Assembly: GCA_964035545.1 (NCBI GenBank)
Contig: OZ037765.1
Coordinates: forward strand, 6,148,698 to 6,212,697
DNA: 64,000 bases
Direction of reading: 5' to 3'
Origin: Bugula neritina
Lineage: Eukaryota; Animalia; Bryozoa
The notes beneath the pieces were generated by a model. It did not search any database. It was not told the origin of the DNA and worked only from the letters and a program-made list of their open reading frames with translations. This document shows, piece by piece, positions 52,201 to 64,000 of this stretch (positions are counted from its first letter, which is position 1; each line of letters starts with the position of its first letter). Made by a program: the position numbers and the translations under genes.

Positions 52201-55200
52201 TTTTTAATCTAGAACACAAACTTTTCTCAATTTCTCCATTATTGCAACTACCTCGGATTACTAGCAGCTGTATAACACCACCTATTTAAGTATATTCTCA
52301 TTCAAAAATGTATTCCATTCAAAATATGGCACAATAAGTTTTTACATACATTTCCATCCACACATCCTGCGTATATGCATTGAGAATGCTGAGAGTACTG
52401 GAAACAAGTGACGCCCCTTCTAATACTGACAGTCGTGCCATTTTGAGGTTGACTAATACTAGTACAGTACAGTGAAGTCGATGTAGACTTGGAACAAGAT
52501 ATAAATCCAGTTCCTGATATACAACTGTATCTCTTAATTCGCACCACCCAATCATCATGAGCCTAGTAAATATTAAATATGTCAGTTCAATTTCATAATT
52601 TATGGCTTTTTAAGTTGAAAATTATAGTTGCATTGATTTGTCTTTTGATTTTTAAAAAATATAATTCAAAGAAAAAATAAAGTAAAGATATTAATTAGAT
52701 ACCAGACTTGTATTAGTTTGTAAAATAATACCACCTAAATAATATGTTTATTTCCTACATGAACAAATCTGATTTACAATCAACTACATTTACCTTAAAC
52801 TCTAATTTACTGATCACGAAAATGTTAAGGATTAAGATTCTTTGTGGAATGAATTATGAAGCTAAAGAAATCATAAACTAGACAGAAACAATATTTCTCT
52901 AGGGGGTGGAATCATTGTTGTAATTGATGCAGCTGACCAGTAATGACAATGAAATCAATGAAAACATAAATTGAAATTCAGTTGATTGTAATTTAGTTTT
53001 TGCGAACAGCGATGGCTAATTACAGAATGCTGTTAAGCAATTTGGTTTGATTTACCATAAAGTATGTAAGTAGGAGAAATTAGCAAAACTTTTAAATAGC
53101 AATAGTTCTTGCGAATATTTGTAGCATGGAAACTTGCGAAGCTCATGAAATAAAACAATCAGGCTTCAGACCCAAATGTAAAACCAAAAATTGTACGCTT
53201 AAGCTTAAAAAATTGACAAAAAATTAGTCAAGAAAAATTGCTTGATGCAAAATAGCTTGTTTATAGCAATTAAATCACATAAAATTCATTAGATTGACAT
53301 GTAAACAAAATGCGAAAGTGAAATTGGATAATTGAAATTTCAACTTCAAAAACTCTTAGAGAGAAAAAAATTCACAAATGGCAAGCTATATTTGACAAAA
53401 AACTTTGATCTGGAAATTCTTAGATTGCTGAACATTCATTTTCATAGCTGGCTCAACTTGTAGAGCACACTAATCTCTTTATAAAGGTTGACATATGTTT
53501 ACTGCTAAAAATAAAGTTTAAGTCAAACTTACAGTTATTTTAGTTAGTGATACAGTTGGGTATAATCCTGTGTGAATCTTTGAAAGCTCATATACTACTT
53601 GCTTTTGTAAGGAGCACTGCGGGCCAAAGGGACCTTGAGATATTGCTTTGAAGTTTAATATGTGAATTTCACCTACAAAACTGTGCTTCTTTAATCACAA
53701 TCCTGCACAATATTCATTGTTCTTATTGTTTTTCCATTGAAAAAACTCTCAAACTATCACTATGTTTCCATTACTTCGGCTTATGAGAATGAACTTGTGG
53801 CTGCGGTTTGCATGAATTTAGGGTTATGGTTTCACTAATTGATGCAATTGTTCCCAAACATTGAATGAAGAACCTATTCACATAATGCGAAGCTTGGAAA
53901 CGCAGTGTATGTTGTTAGGATATCGAGAGGCACATTTCATAGCCCGCTTGAAAACTCTTGTCATCAGGAGTTCTCACAGGGATAGAGGCCATAAATGGAC
54001 ATGAGTTTATATATCATATAAAGACCTCGTGTGTTTCCCCATAATAGATATGATCTGTCGCCATTCTCCACATCTGGTATGTACTCTACACACATTGGGG
54101 CTCCACTTAGACCCTTCAACTCGTACTCTTTGGTAACTGAGTAGCCAACCGTCCCTTTTATACCAAGCATATACATCTGAATGGTACGACTACATCAATA
54201 CAACATGCTTTACAAACCCTGAAGCAGCAAATATTATAATTTAAGAAGAAAAAAAAACCTCTACTGAGGCTGAAGTAACTGCATTTCATTTGTCAAGTAG
54301 CTCCTTATGAACTTGTTTTTAATTTCTTTTTATATGATTACGAACAAGTACAGAATTATATCATTTTAGTATGAATGTCTTTTTATGCAGCATTGTATGC
54401 ATTGTATTGTAAAAATGTGTTCATTTATTAATAATTTTAAATATTTTTTTCCCCAATAACATTATGATTGTATTTATGAAGAGTTTTACTAATGGCTAAT
54501 TTTCAATTTTATAATATTTTCAAGTTGTAAGCAGTTCATATAACAGTTGTAACTATAACTTGGGTGGCCTGTGAGCATAAAGTTTAAGATCTATAACAAG
54601 TTTTAAATCACCAAGCTTATGAGGTAGGTACAGTAACAGAGAAATCAAGAGAAGCCAGTGTTTTACATAAGACATGTAACAAAATAGTTATGTTCTCAGA
54701 AAACTGAACTCATACCCCAAATCAAAGTTCATTGAAAAGTCAAAGAACTGTTACTGCATCTAAATAAAACTTATACAACTAACACTCTCAAATAATATTT
54801 GTTAACCTACTTGTATTGATTATTGCTCACTATTTTAGTAATAAACCAACAACCATTTTCTAAATTTTTACAAGTGACTTTCAACTTCAGAATTTCAATA
54901 AACTGAGCTCAACCTACATATACAATTACAACAAACTATTCATGATTTTCTAATATTTCCTATCTACATCTTCTATAGATATGTTCAGTAGAGAGCGTAT
55001 TATAACTTGACACACCTTTCAGCAAAGCAGACGACTAATAGCCTCATATCCTGCATGTACACCATGTCAGTCAATATTAAGGGGAGAAGAGACTTTCGAT
55101 TCTGACACTTGAGGTCAAATGAATCCAACAGACAACATTTGAGGTTGAATACTCGAAGCATCCCATTGCGACTGAGAGTAAGATAATGAGTTCCTTCTGA

Positions 55201-57926
55201 CTTGCCAAGTTTATCTTCTGGAAGTGTAACAGATTATCATGTACTCTAATTTAGTATTATATGGTATGTCATATCACATTATTAAATATGTGTTATTTAG
55301 TATATTGTATATTTTACTACATTGCATATTTTAGTATAGAGTATATAATTGTGGTATCTTGCATGTAAATTAGTACCTGAAACAGGGTGTTTAAAATTGT
55401 TCCACATTCACCATATTATATGCTGATTTGCTGGTTATTCAAAATAATATTTTGCTAGTAAAGTGCTTGAACTATAGAAAATGATGATGTAATGTATTAT
55501 ATTGCGTTAAGTTACCTATATTTATTAGGTTTTACTAAATAAAGACTCTGGAGGTCTCAGTTGGCCAACAAGAAAAAACATGACTATAATATCATTCAAA
55601 TAATCACATATGGTTAATTAGCCATTGTTAGAACATAGCAACATATTTTACAAAATATGTACATAAATATTACACATAAAACTTATATTAATAGCTCAGC
55701 TGTTTATTTAATTGACTTTTGATAATAGAGATTTACTTACGTGAAGCATTTTGCTGGTTTTTAGCAATAAAATGTATTTGAGAAATATTTATTATATCTT
55801 CTTTCTCTTTTCTTACAGATCTTGCAGACAATTTCCTAGAGAAGGGAGTCATCGTACCGCTGAGGGTCATGCTTTCTAGTTTCTTCATTTCCATCTACCA
55901 GAAAGTTACATCACTTCATCAGTTAATTTATAAAACATTAGTTCCTATCAGCTAGCATAACTAGAATCAAGATCTCTTAAAGTGAATTTACAAAAAAGAA
56001 CAATTCAAGTCTGCATCATCAAAAGTTAGCCATACAACCTACGATTTAAGCAGCATTGTTAACAATTATTCCAATTTATAAATGTACATACAAATCATGA
56101 AACATCTACTGAAAAATTTTTATAGCCAATATATAAAAATCCACACAACTTGCTTTTTAAATGCTGCTGAATCAAGTAATAGTTTAAATAAAAAGCCAAA
56201 AAGTGACAAAAAACCTTGAGCATCACAATTGAAAAACTCTATACAGTAATTGTTACACTGTCATACTGTGAAACAACTACACTATAATTGACAAGTTTCA
56301 GCAATCTTATGACACCATGAGCTGTGAGACTCACCCAAGTGTAGTAGATGAAGTCTCTCCACGAGATGACGCTGGTGCAGGCAGCGTCTATCTTAATAAA
56401 TAGCTTACGAAGTGCCACTTCATCTTGCGAGCTCTGAACGTGTTTCTGCCAAAGTACTACAAACTCTTCAATGGTAACTCCTTCCTCGGGGCCTACAAGA
56501 TTATAGCTAAAAACTCTTAAAACCAAACACCATATCATTGCCCATTTTATTCTACTTTTCTAAAAAAAAATACACTAAATACAAAGGTATTGTTGTTTCA
56601 CTGATGTCATTCCTTTTTAATTTTTATTGTAATTTAGTGCAGGTGTAAATTTTTCTTAGTTTGAATTTCAAACTTCTAGTTTTGCATTTTTGATTTGCTT
56701 TAAAGATAAAACACTTTTTCTGTTACGAATATCTATCTATTGGAATTAATGTTGTTAAAAATTGTGTTTTTATGTTTCACTGAAGTCTTGACATAAAAAT
56801 AATAGACATTAGTAACTCATAAACCAAACAGCAAGCCTGCTCTATGCAACCTTTGAATTAAGAAATCTTGTAAATGATACTGTCCATGAAAGAGTGAGAA
56901 TCTAGCTAGTAAGATCAACTTGTAGGCTAAATTACCACAACAACATAGTATATATAAAATATTCGAAATATGAAATTTTTTCTATCACGTAAAGATTTCA
57001 GTCTAATTGATGTCAAAATAAACGTTAGAAACTCACTCTAGACAAAATTTACACTTCTGCACCAAATAACATATATGAAGATTACGTAGTGAGTGAATTA
57101 TAAAATGACAGTATTTCACTATTTTCAACAATTGACAACAAACACACTACACTACAACTAATTCACCCCTTGAACACTGCACTATGCTAAACTAGTCAAT
57201 ATTGCTCTACATCCACCCACCTTTAGTAACACCTTGGAAACCGACCTCCAAACTTCTGAGGGAGTAGATACTCAACGCGTTAGATGGTTCAGATGAGACG
57301 TGAAGTTGACTAGAGATCTGAGGGGGTTCCGTCAGCGAGAATATTCTACTGAGCAGCGAATTAACAGCGTCATGATCCATACTATCGAGCGTGTCAAGGA
57401 CATCCGCATCAGCTTCTGTGCCTGCAGCTATAGAAATTTCTCAACTGAGTGTCACATGTATATAAAGTTTATACAAAATATAATTTACATAGTGGCATCA
57501 GCAGAAGTATATTTTAGTACTTTTCCGTAAAGAAATTCTGGGAGGACATAAAAAAATTATAGACAAATAAGAAAATGTGACCAATCATGAGCTCAACTTG
57601 CAGAAGTTCTGAAACGGAGAAAAAAATTCCCAAAAGTAGTGTTTGCAGCAGACAATAAGAAGAAGGCATTAATAATTATACTTAATTTTACCTGAAGCTG
57701 GTCTACTGAGTCTATGCTGACTGGAAATCTGATCATGACTTATATCTTTTATAAGCAGAAGATGCGACTCATCGGAGTGAGAGTTGGAGATGAGAGTTGT
57801 CCCATCATTTCCACTTGTTTTTCCAAACTGTCCGTTTGTTGCGTCTAACTGAGCTGGAGGAGTTTTGATGTGATCTACTTGAATTGGTGGCAGAGGAGCA
57901 TATGGGTTCATAGAGTTGGAAGTCAT
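40297..57926 (-). CDS. EF-hand + WD40-repeat protein, WDR49 (CFAP337)/EFCAB8/WDY-like
   Basis: About 28 exons. Traced: 57926-57692, 57427-57221, 56492-56335, 55894-55741, 55217-55016, 54176-54026, 53672-53533, 52562-52350, 51379-51201, 50368-50178, 49926-49761, 49377-49227; more approximate exons near 48.7k, 48.0k, 47.5k, 47.1k, 46.7k, 45.9k, 45.3k, 44.8k, 44.3k, 43.8k, 42.9k, 42.3k, 41.4k; last exon 40367-40297. Motifs LFIKIDAACTSVISWRDF (EF-hand-like), AHDDWV, FDPSYRRLLTGAHDGTACVWNLNNG, GDSEGYVKVWDI, SSDGNVRLWTITGLYIGQFGQPTPWNI. One junction (55016/54176) is unresolved. Confidence 0.8.
41713..41859 (-). mobile_element. MITE family H copy
   Basis: GGTGCAGTAATGGAAAAATTGAGAAAAGCTTGTG ... AATTTCTCCACACC|TAA; reverse orientation relative to 52092. 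Confidence 0.65.
49073..49220. repeat. 40-bp tandem repeat x3.75
   Basis: CTAAAGTATCAGAATAGTATATCATGGTGTGTAATCAACA units directly visible. Confidence 0.93.
50850..50967 (+). mobile_element. Degenerate MITE family H copy
   Basis: AAATTTTAATAGCCTAA at the left end and TTTTCTCAATATTTCCATTACTGTAC at the right end. Confidence 0.45.
52092..52248 (+). mobile_element. MITE family H, best-preserved copy (~157 bp)
   Basis: TTA|GGAGCAGTAGTGGAGAAATTGAGA ... TCTCAATTTCTCCATTATTGCAAC; ~24-bp TIRs. TTA/TAA flanks suggest PIF/Harbinger. Confidence 0.7.
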
Positions 57927-58634
57927 TGCTAAGGTTCAGTCCTTTTGAAAAGTTAACAGCGCTATACAATTTATTCCTGCTGCAAATAGTGTTACCCCAT
58001 TGTTAGCACAGTGTCCAAGTTACGATTGTAAACTTGAAACAATTGGATAATCTAAAAAGCATTTTTTACATTGTTTGTTTATCTAAGCTATTATTAAAAA
58101 TTATGTAAGTTTCACATGCTTGTTTCATCAGTTGTTGTACTATAAGAACCAATAGGAAAATATTATTTCAATAAATATTTGAATAGAAATGATACTATAA
58201 AAGTATTTCTTTTGCAAACTAATTAAACCAAAGGGATCTTACTGCTTTTAATACTTTTAACAAGAAAAATGCAGTATCTCTATGAAAAAAAGAACATCAA
58301 CTATAATTGAATGGAAAAATGAAGCAAATGTAAAGTTACTCTAAGCATCCATGCTGAGTCAAGAGCCTAGAAAGTTTCCACTAAGTAAAGCAGCTCCATT
58401 TTGAATTAGACTTCAAATCAATAGCTGAAATTTTAAAGGACAACACTACAGGTAATGAAAAATTGGGTTTGCATGGGTTTTCATTGTTAAACTAATAATT
58501 CCAGATAAAGAATGGTGATGAAAAAGTGCATGCAAAGGCAGCATTTTATATCAGGGAATGTAAACTAGTTTAGTCATGAAATATTTGAGAAGAGGGAGTA
58601 ATTAGAGAGTTAGCTACATGTCCAGTGATACAGC

Positions 58635-58899
58635 AGCACCTGCTCAAATGAACTTTTTCAAAGAGGCAAGGGTTGCACCTTATAGTTTGAAAAAAGTTGA
58701 AACTTCATTATGCAAATTCCCATAACTGCAATTATAAAAAATAATATAACAACTAATATTTTGCATGGACAGAAAACTTCTCAGCACCTGTTCAAGTGAA
58801 ATGCTCAAAGAAGCTAGTGTTTCACCCTATAGTATTGTAATTATACAAAAATAACATAACGTAACTGAAATGTTGCATGGACAGAAAACTTCACAGCAT
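58635..58899. repeat. Imperfect tandem duplication (~150/120 bp)
   Basis: CAGCACCTG.TCAA.TGAA... and TTGCATGGACAGAAAACTTC.CAGCA each occur twice. Confidence 0.8.
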
Positions 58900-59375
58900 C
58901 GGAGGTGTAAAACATTATAAAATAATTATACTGCTAGTTGTTTCTCCTTCACTACAGAAGGTGATAAGCTGCAACACAAACACTGCTTTACTTAACATTA
59001 ATAATTCATAAAAAGTTCAGTAATAATGAAAAGTCTTCATTATTATGTCTGCTATTGATAGGCTTGTCTCTAAATAATCATTACAAATAAGTTGACATGA
59101 GCTAATCCATAAACTGAAGAATACAATCATTCTATTAGATTGGTGACTTGCAGACCTAACTGCATTACATAATGGCCTTATAGCACATTACACAACAGTG
59201 TCTGTGAACAGCTGCATGCTGGTATAAAATATTCTCAAAGACTTCTCGCTAATAATTCTGATTAAGCTGTAGAAGTGAATTCTAGCAAGCAATGGCTAGG
59301 GTATGGAGAGACGACTCATCTATTCCAACAAAGCAACAGCCGAAGGTAAGTTCTACATATTGCTTTATTACAGCA

Positions 59376-59585
59376 TAGTGCTTCCTCTGTATCTCACTAA
59401 GCTACGGGTCCCAAAACCTCAATTTGTGACATAGTACAATACCAGATTTAACTTACGAATCCGGCAAATTCAGCCATTTTGTCTCTATACATACATACAT
59501 AAGTTACAAAATGGGAGTCCAAGCCCTTCTTGTGACCTATGGAATTTCGCGAGAAAAGAATCTGTGAGCTAAAGAGGGGGCACTG
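59376..59585 (+). mobile_element. MITE family T copy (pogo/Tigger-like)
   Basis: TAGTGCTTCCTCTGTATCTCAC ... GTGAGCTAAAGAGGGGGCACTG|TA inverted termini. Confidence 0.75.
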
Positions 59586-60437
59586 TAATTTAACACTTTC
59601 ATAATTAACACAATGCATTCATTAATAGTATTATCTTCATGTAATTTTTTTCAACCAAATAGTGTTCAGGATATATTATTATATATAAATATTATGTAAG
59701 AACAAATTTATAACACCACTACATAGTCTTATATAAAATTAAACATCAGCAGACTACCTAACATTATGTGTTTGAGCTGCAAATGACCAGCTCCCAATTT
59801 AGTCTGCACCCTTAGCTAAAGTTCAGGTTTGAGAGCTTTCACTTAAGTGTTGCTTATAACAGTTTGTGTTGTATGATTTTTTACCTACAAAATGGGACAA
59901 GGCAGGCACCACAGGCTTGGAAATAATCATACAGTATGCACTACAAGCATACACACTAATATTTCCAGCTACTAGTTACTAAGTGTTAGTGGTCTATTTC
60001 AGTGGATATTTTTAAAATATGTTCGCATAAAACAGGACACTGGGGAGAGATTTTCTTTTACAGTTATCAATTGACACTGGTTAACAAGCATTTTGTAGCT
60101 TGATTATTGACTGTAACATTCAGTGCATTCAATGCGCATCTTCCTTCATAGCTGGAGGGTTTTTACTTCATCTCGCCGAGCTTTTCTTTCCTTTTATATC
60201 AAGAGCTTTTATAAAAACAACCTTGACCATGGATACAATGAGCTGCAGCGTAGGGCAACTGACTTTTGATCACATCACCAATAGAATTGATGACAAGGTA
60301 GGAATTTATGAGTTTACGATAAAAATGAGTAGCTATAAACAAGAACCATTTTAATGACTTTACGAAATTGAGCGAAACTACATATATAGTGTATAGTGTA
60401 CATAACCTGTACATGTAGTGTACATAAGCTACAAGTA

Positions 60438-60632
60438 TAGTGCTCCCTTCATATCTCATAAAATTCCATAAGTCGAGAGAAGGGCTTGGACCCCCATTTT
60501 GTGACTTATGTATGTGTGTATAGGGACAAAATGGTTGAATTTAACAGATCCATGAGTTAAATCTGGTATTCTAGGATGTCATGAATTGAGGTTTAGGGAC
60601 TCACTGTTTAGTGAGATATGGAGAGACCACTG
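60438..60632 (-). mobile_element. MITE family T copy (pogo/Tigger-like), inverted relative to 59376
   Basis: TA|TAGTGCTCCCTTCATATCTCA ... GTGAGATATGGAGAGACCACTG; its reverse complement aligns along the length of 59376-59585. Confidence 0.75.
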
Positions 60633-61955
60633 CAGTGTGTTTTAAGCATTTTGACGTTAGAATAAAGGTCTGCTAAAATAATGCTGAAGAGAAATATTTT
60701 TTTAAACAACCACAGAAAGTATAACTAAGAAATTATTTTTAGTAAAAAACAAGCACTACTCTGGTCAAACTTGTAATACATTATTTAGTTTTAAAAATGA
60801 ATGAATCATACACTTTCTGCCTCAACTGGGCTTATTTTGCTACATATTGAAGGCTCAAGCATAAGCATATCTTCAACGTGTGGTATGTGAAAGGCGTGAT
60901 AGAACAATAGTGTATAATTTATTTGCTATTGTCCCCTCAGGGACATGTTGATACAATAGAAGTAATCATAGTGGAGGATGTCTATTGATAACATTTAGCA
61001 TATGTGACACAGATATGTGTTAGCTGAACGTTATACAGAGCCATAGGAACACAGCCATCGAATATATCTGCTAGGGTTCTACATATAGTCTGCTCTCCAT
61101 AAGCAATCAGTTTTATAATATTTTTACCTACTGAATATCTGTCACATGTGTGTGATTTGAATACTTTGCATAGCCTTGAAGGGCTACAAACATGGCATTT
61201 TAATTTTTCTTTTTAAACCCTAAACCCAATTTATAGTTTAATGAACTAATATGGAACTCATATAATTATTTTGTCAGGGTAGCAGGTATTTCTTTCAAAA
61301 AATTTTTAAATAGATTATTACATCCTATGGAAATGAAACAAAGCTTAATTATGTTTAAACTATTTTCAAAACATAAAAAAGAAGTTGACTAAAATTTGGA
61401 CTATATTATAATTTTCCAAAACTGTAAAGAATTTAAAATGAGATTGTAATGTGTGTGTATGTAAGTAATATTATGAAAACTTCATCAACTATTTACGTAG
61501 CAAGCACCATGTGTAACTGATTTACCATTACCCCTTAGGGTTAACATGAAAACACTTTAACCTGGTTTTTATGTCAAAACAATTAGAAAAATTATATGCT
61601 ATTCAGTTAGTAATTGTGTATGATAAATAGATTTCAGATAATTTTCAATTAAATGCTCAATAATTACCAATTAAAGAAGCATATTCAAATAAACACTGTG
61701 ACTACAGCTTTGCATACTCAACAGTGTTACCACTTGAACTATTTCTATTCACCTCCCAATTTTGAGTCAAGAGTTTTGAGTATGATTTAATATAGTAAGC
61801 TATAAAAAAATTATTATTATTATTCTTGAAGCTCTGTTACATGACAGCATAACCCTCAAATAATTTTAACTGATAAAATAGTTTATAACTTCATAAAAAA
61901 ATGAAATGTATTCAAATAAATAGCCACTCTATTGATTCAAAAAAATTCAAGAAAT

Positions 61956-62000
61956 GTCACTCACTTGCAAAAGAATGTCACTCACTTGCAAAAGAGTGTC
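61956..62000. repeat. 21-bp direct duplication in the NATD1 3' UTR region
   Basis: TGTCACTCACTTGCAAAAGAA occurs twice in tandem. Confidence 0.8.
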
Positions 62001-62065
62001 AGAATTTATACGTGATAAGGCAGATAGTCATATTGCAGAACCTAGAGTACTTTAAGTGTTTTGAA

Positions 62066-63143
62066 TTACAGACTTTCTCCATAAACATGTGGAATATATT
62101 TAGGATTCTGTTCTTTTTCATGTAAATGAAGTAAATAACTGCAAGTTAGTTTCATTTTCCCACCTGACAGAACCACGTGATCGAACGCATTATAGGCTAG
62201 CACCTTGGCAATCCCTTTACCTCTACAGGACGTTGGAGTAAATGTATGATATAAATCATACACTCCGTCCTTTAAGGTGTACTCTAGCTTGGCTCTAGAA
62301 ACAAACATAAACTCTAATTTATGTCAGACAACTCCAATTGACTGGGAATAATAACTCTCAATTATGTAAAATTGTAAACTAATTTTGTTGAAAATTGAAC
62401 GAGGATGCTTAAGACTGGAAAAAGCAATTTTTTCTTGTGTTCTGTTTGAACAAGTTTCACATAATGCTTTTATACTTTAACGCAACAAGAACCAAACTTT
62501 GTTGGTGCTCCAGTGTTGAGAAAATGAGGAAACAATTCCCAAAATGCATTTTAATTTCTCCAACACTAATAGCTTTTTAGCATTGATTTTGAAAAATTAT
62601 TTTCATTATATTATGATAATAATTACATATTGCTTGTATAGGTGAATGAAAAATAATTTGAAAATAATTTTTTACTTTATTGAGTTATTGACTATTACAT
62701 TTTGAAATTAGCAAATGGATGGAATCAACTCCCAATTATGTAATTGCCCACTACTAAACTCATAACATATTAAAGTGGCTTAAACTAATAGGCCTACCAT
62801 ATGTACATTTCTGCATAAAATATTAGGAAAGCGAATCAACCACTTGTAATAATTGTCCTGTATATTGAATAACTTATATTACTTGCTTTAGCTTAGCTAG
62901 TCAATAGTTAGCCAATTACATTAGCTACGGTCAGTAAACTACAATATTTGTTTATTGATGAACCTACCTTTCACCTTCTATGTCTAAATAGAATTGTTGA
63001 CCTTCAGGATCATGTACTACGTTATAACTCCCACTTGCCGACATATTACGATTAGAGGTTAGGGTAATACTAGGGTGTATTAGGAGTTGTGGTCTCAATG
63101 TTGATATAAATGCAGATGTCAGCTTTTGTCTAATTTGGTACAT
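62066..63143 (-). CDS. NATD1: NATD1-like small GNAT acetyltransferase (2 coding exons)
   Basis: Exons 63143 (or 63044)-62968 and 62294-62066: VVHDPEGQQFYLDIEGERAKLEY..DLYHTFTPTSCRGKGIAKVLA...LTCSY, with the acetyl-CoA motif RGKGIA and the conserved TCSY. Confidence 0.88.
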
Positions 63144-64000
63144 CAGCAGGCAGTAAAACAAGCTAAAAGCATACATACATTTATTAATGAGAGACTTCAT
63201 TGACAATGCAGGCTTTGTTGTCACTGAAAAAATTTGCAAAAATTGCAGACAAACACAATTTATAGTTTGAAGCAAAAGTGAATGTTGAATTGTAAAACTT
63301 TTTTGCATTTTATATCTATTTTGTAATAATAAACTTTTCAGATCATTGTGAAAAATCTAAGACTTTTACTTATTATTAAAATTATTTATTCATTTAATAT
63401 ACCATTAATTATAAATATTTTATCTGGAAAAACAGATACACCATTCTCTGCAGGAAATATTTTAGAATATGTAACAACAATATTATTATAATTTTAGTTA
63501 TATGTACATAATTACCACCTAGTTAATGCTATTTGCCTAGTATACTGTAGTTCTATTATAGTTTGTTCAAAGTTGCATGTCAAAATAGATTTTCTATTCC
63601 TCATTAATCTTCAATATGATGCTAGTTCAACTGCACAAGGGGTGTTCAACTTTCACACTCAACACACCAGTATAATGCATAGTATAAGACGTTATACATT
63701 AATTACAAAGCGGCAAATCTATCCTAGTGTGCATATTGCGGTATCAATATAGCTATATAAGTGGAGTTAGGAGAAGTCGTGACAATTATGAACTACATGA
63801 AAGATCAATTACAACATTAGAGCAAATGAACTATCGCAAGAGGTTTATATAAAGTCACAGTATCACAGTATAAATGCCTGTGAAGTGGAAAGAAGCAGCT
63901 GCAGGGGTATCTAAAAGCACTCACAGCAAGTGATATATCAACTACATTCAATGCAATAAGGTCTGACTGGTTATATTATGTGACTTAATAGAAATATAGA

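Noticed and set aside
59300-59350. Plus-strand AAG|GTAAGT donor suggesting a divergent transcript
   Set aside because: A single motif with no linked exon or ORF.
60100-60459. ORFs between the two MITEs as a possible transposase
   Set aside because: No DDE or HTH motif is recognisable.

Overview
AT-rich, intron-rich eukaryotic DNA, probably from an invertebrate animal; no rRNA, tRNA or CRISPR features were seen. Five spliced genes were traced by hand through GT-AG junctions: an M-Ras-type GTPase (+, 3775-12022), CCDC113/CFAP263 (+, 14050-17843), a prominin (-, 36142 to about 19066), an EF-hand/WD40 protein of the WDR49(CFAP337)/EFCAB8/WDY family (-, 57926-40297) and NATD1 (-, 63143-62066). 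The main observations outside these genes are: (1) a decayed D5/P4-primase-type SF3 helicase plus other broken ORFs antisense inside the 5.4-kb M-Ras intron, a candidate endogenous DNA-virus fossil; (2) a set of phase-compatible, stop-containing alternative C-terminal exons in prominin, one ending in the PDZ ligand ESNV; (3) a 2.4-kb intronic minisatellite of about 100 units, most of which read GAGTAAGT (5' splice-site consensus) on the prominin pre-mRNA; (4) two MITE families; (5) 6-bp-periodic low-complexity DNA next to two CpG-richer promoter-like islands. Family assignments come from recalled motifs, not database searches.
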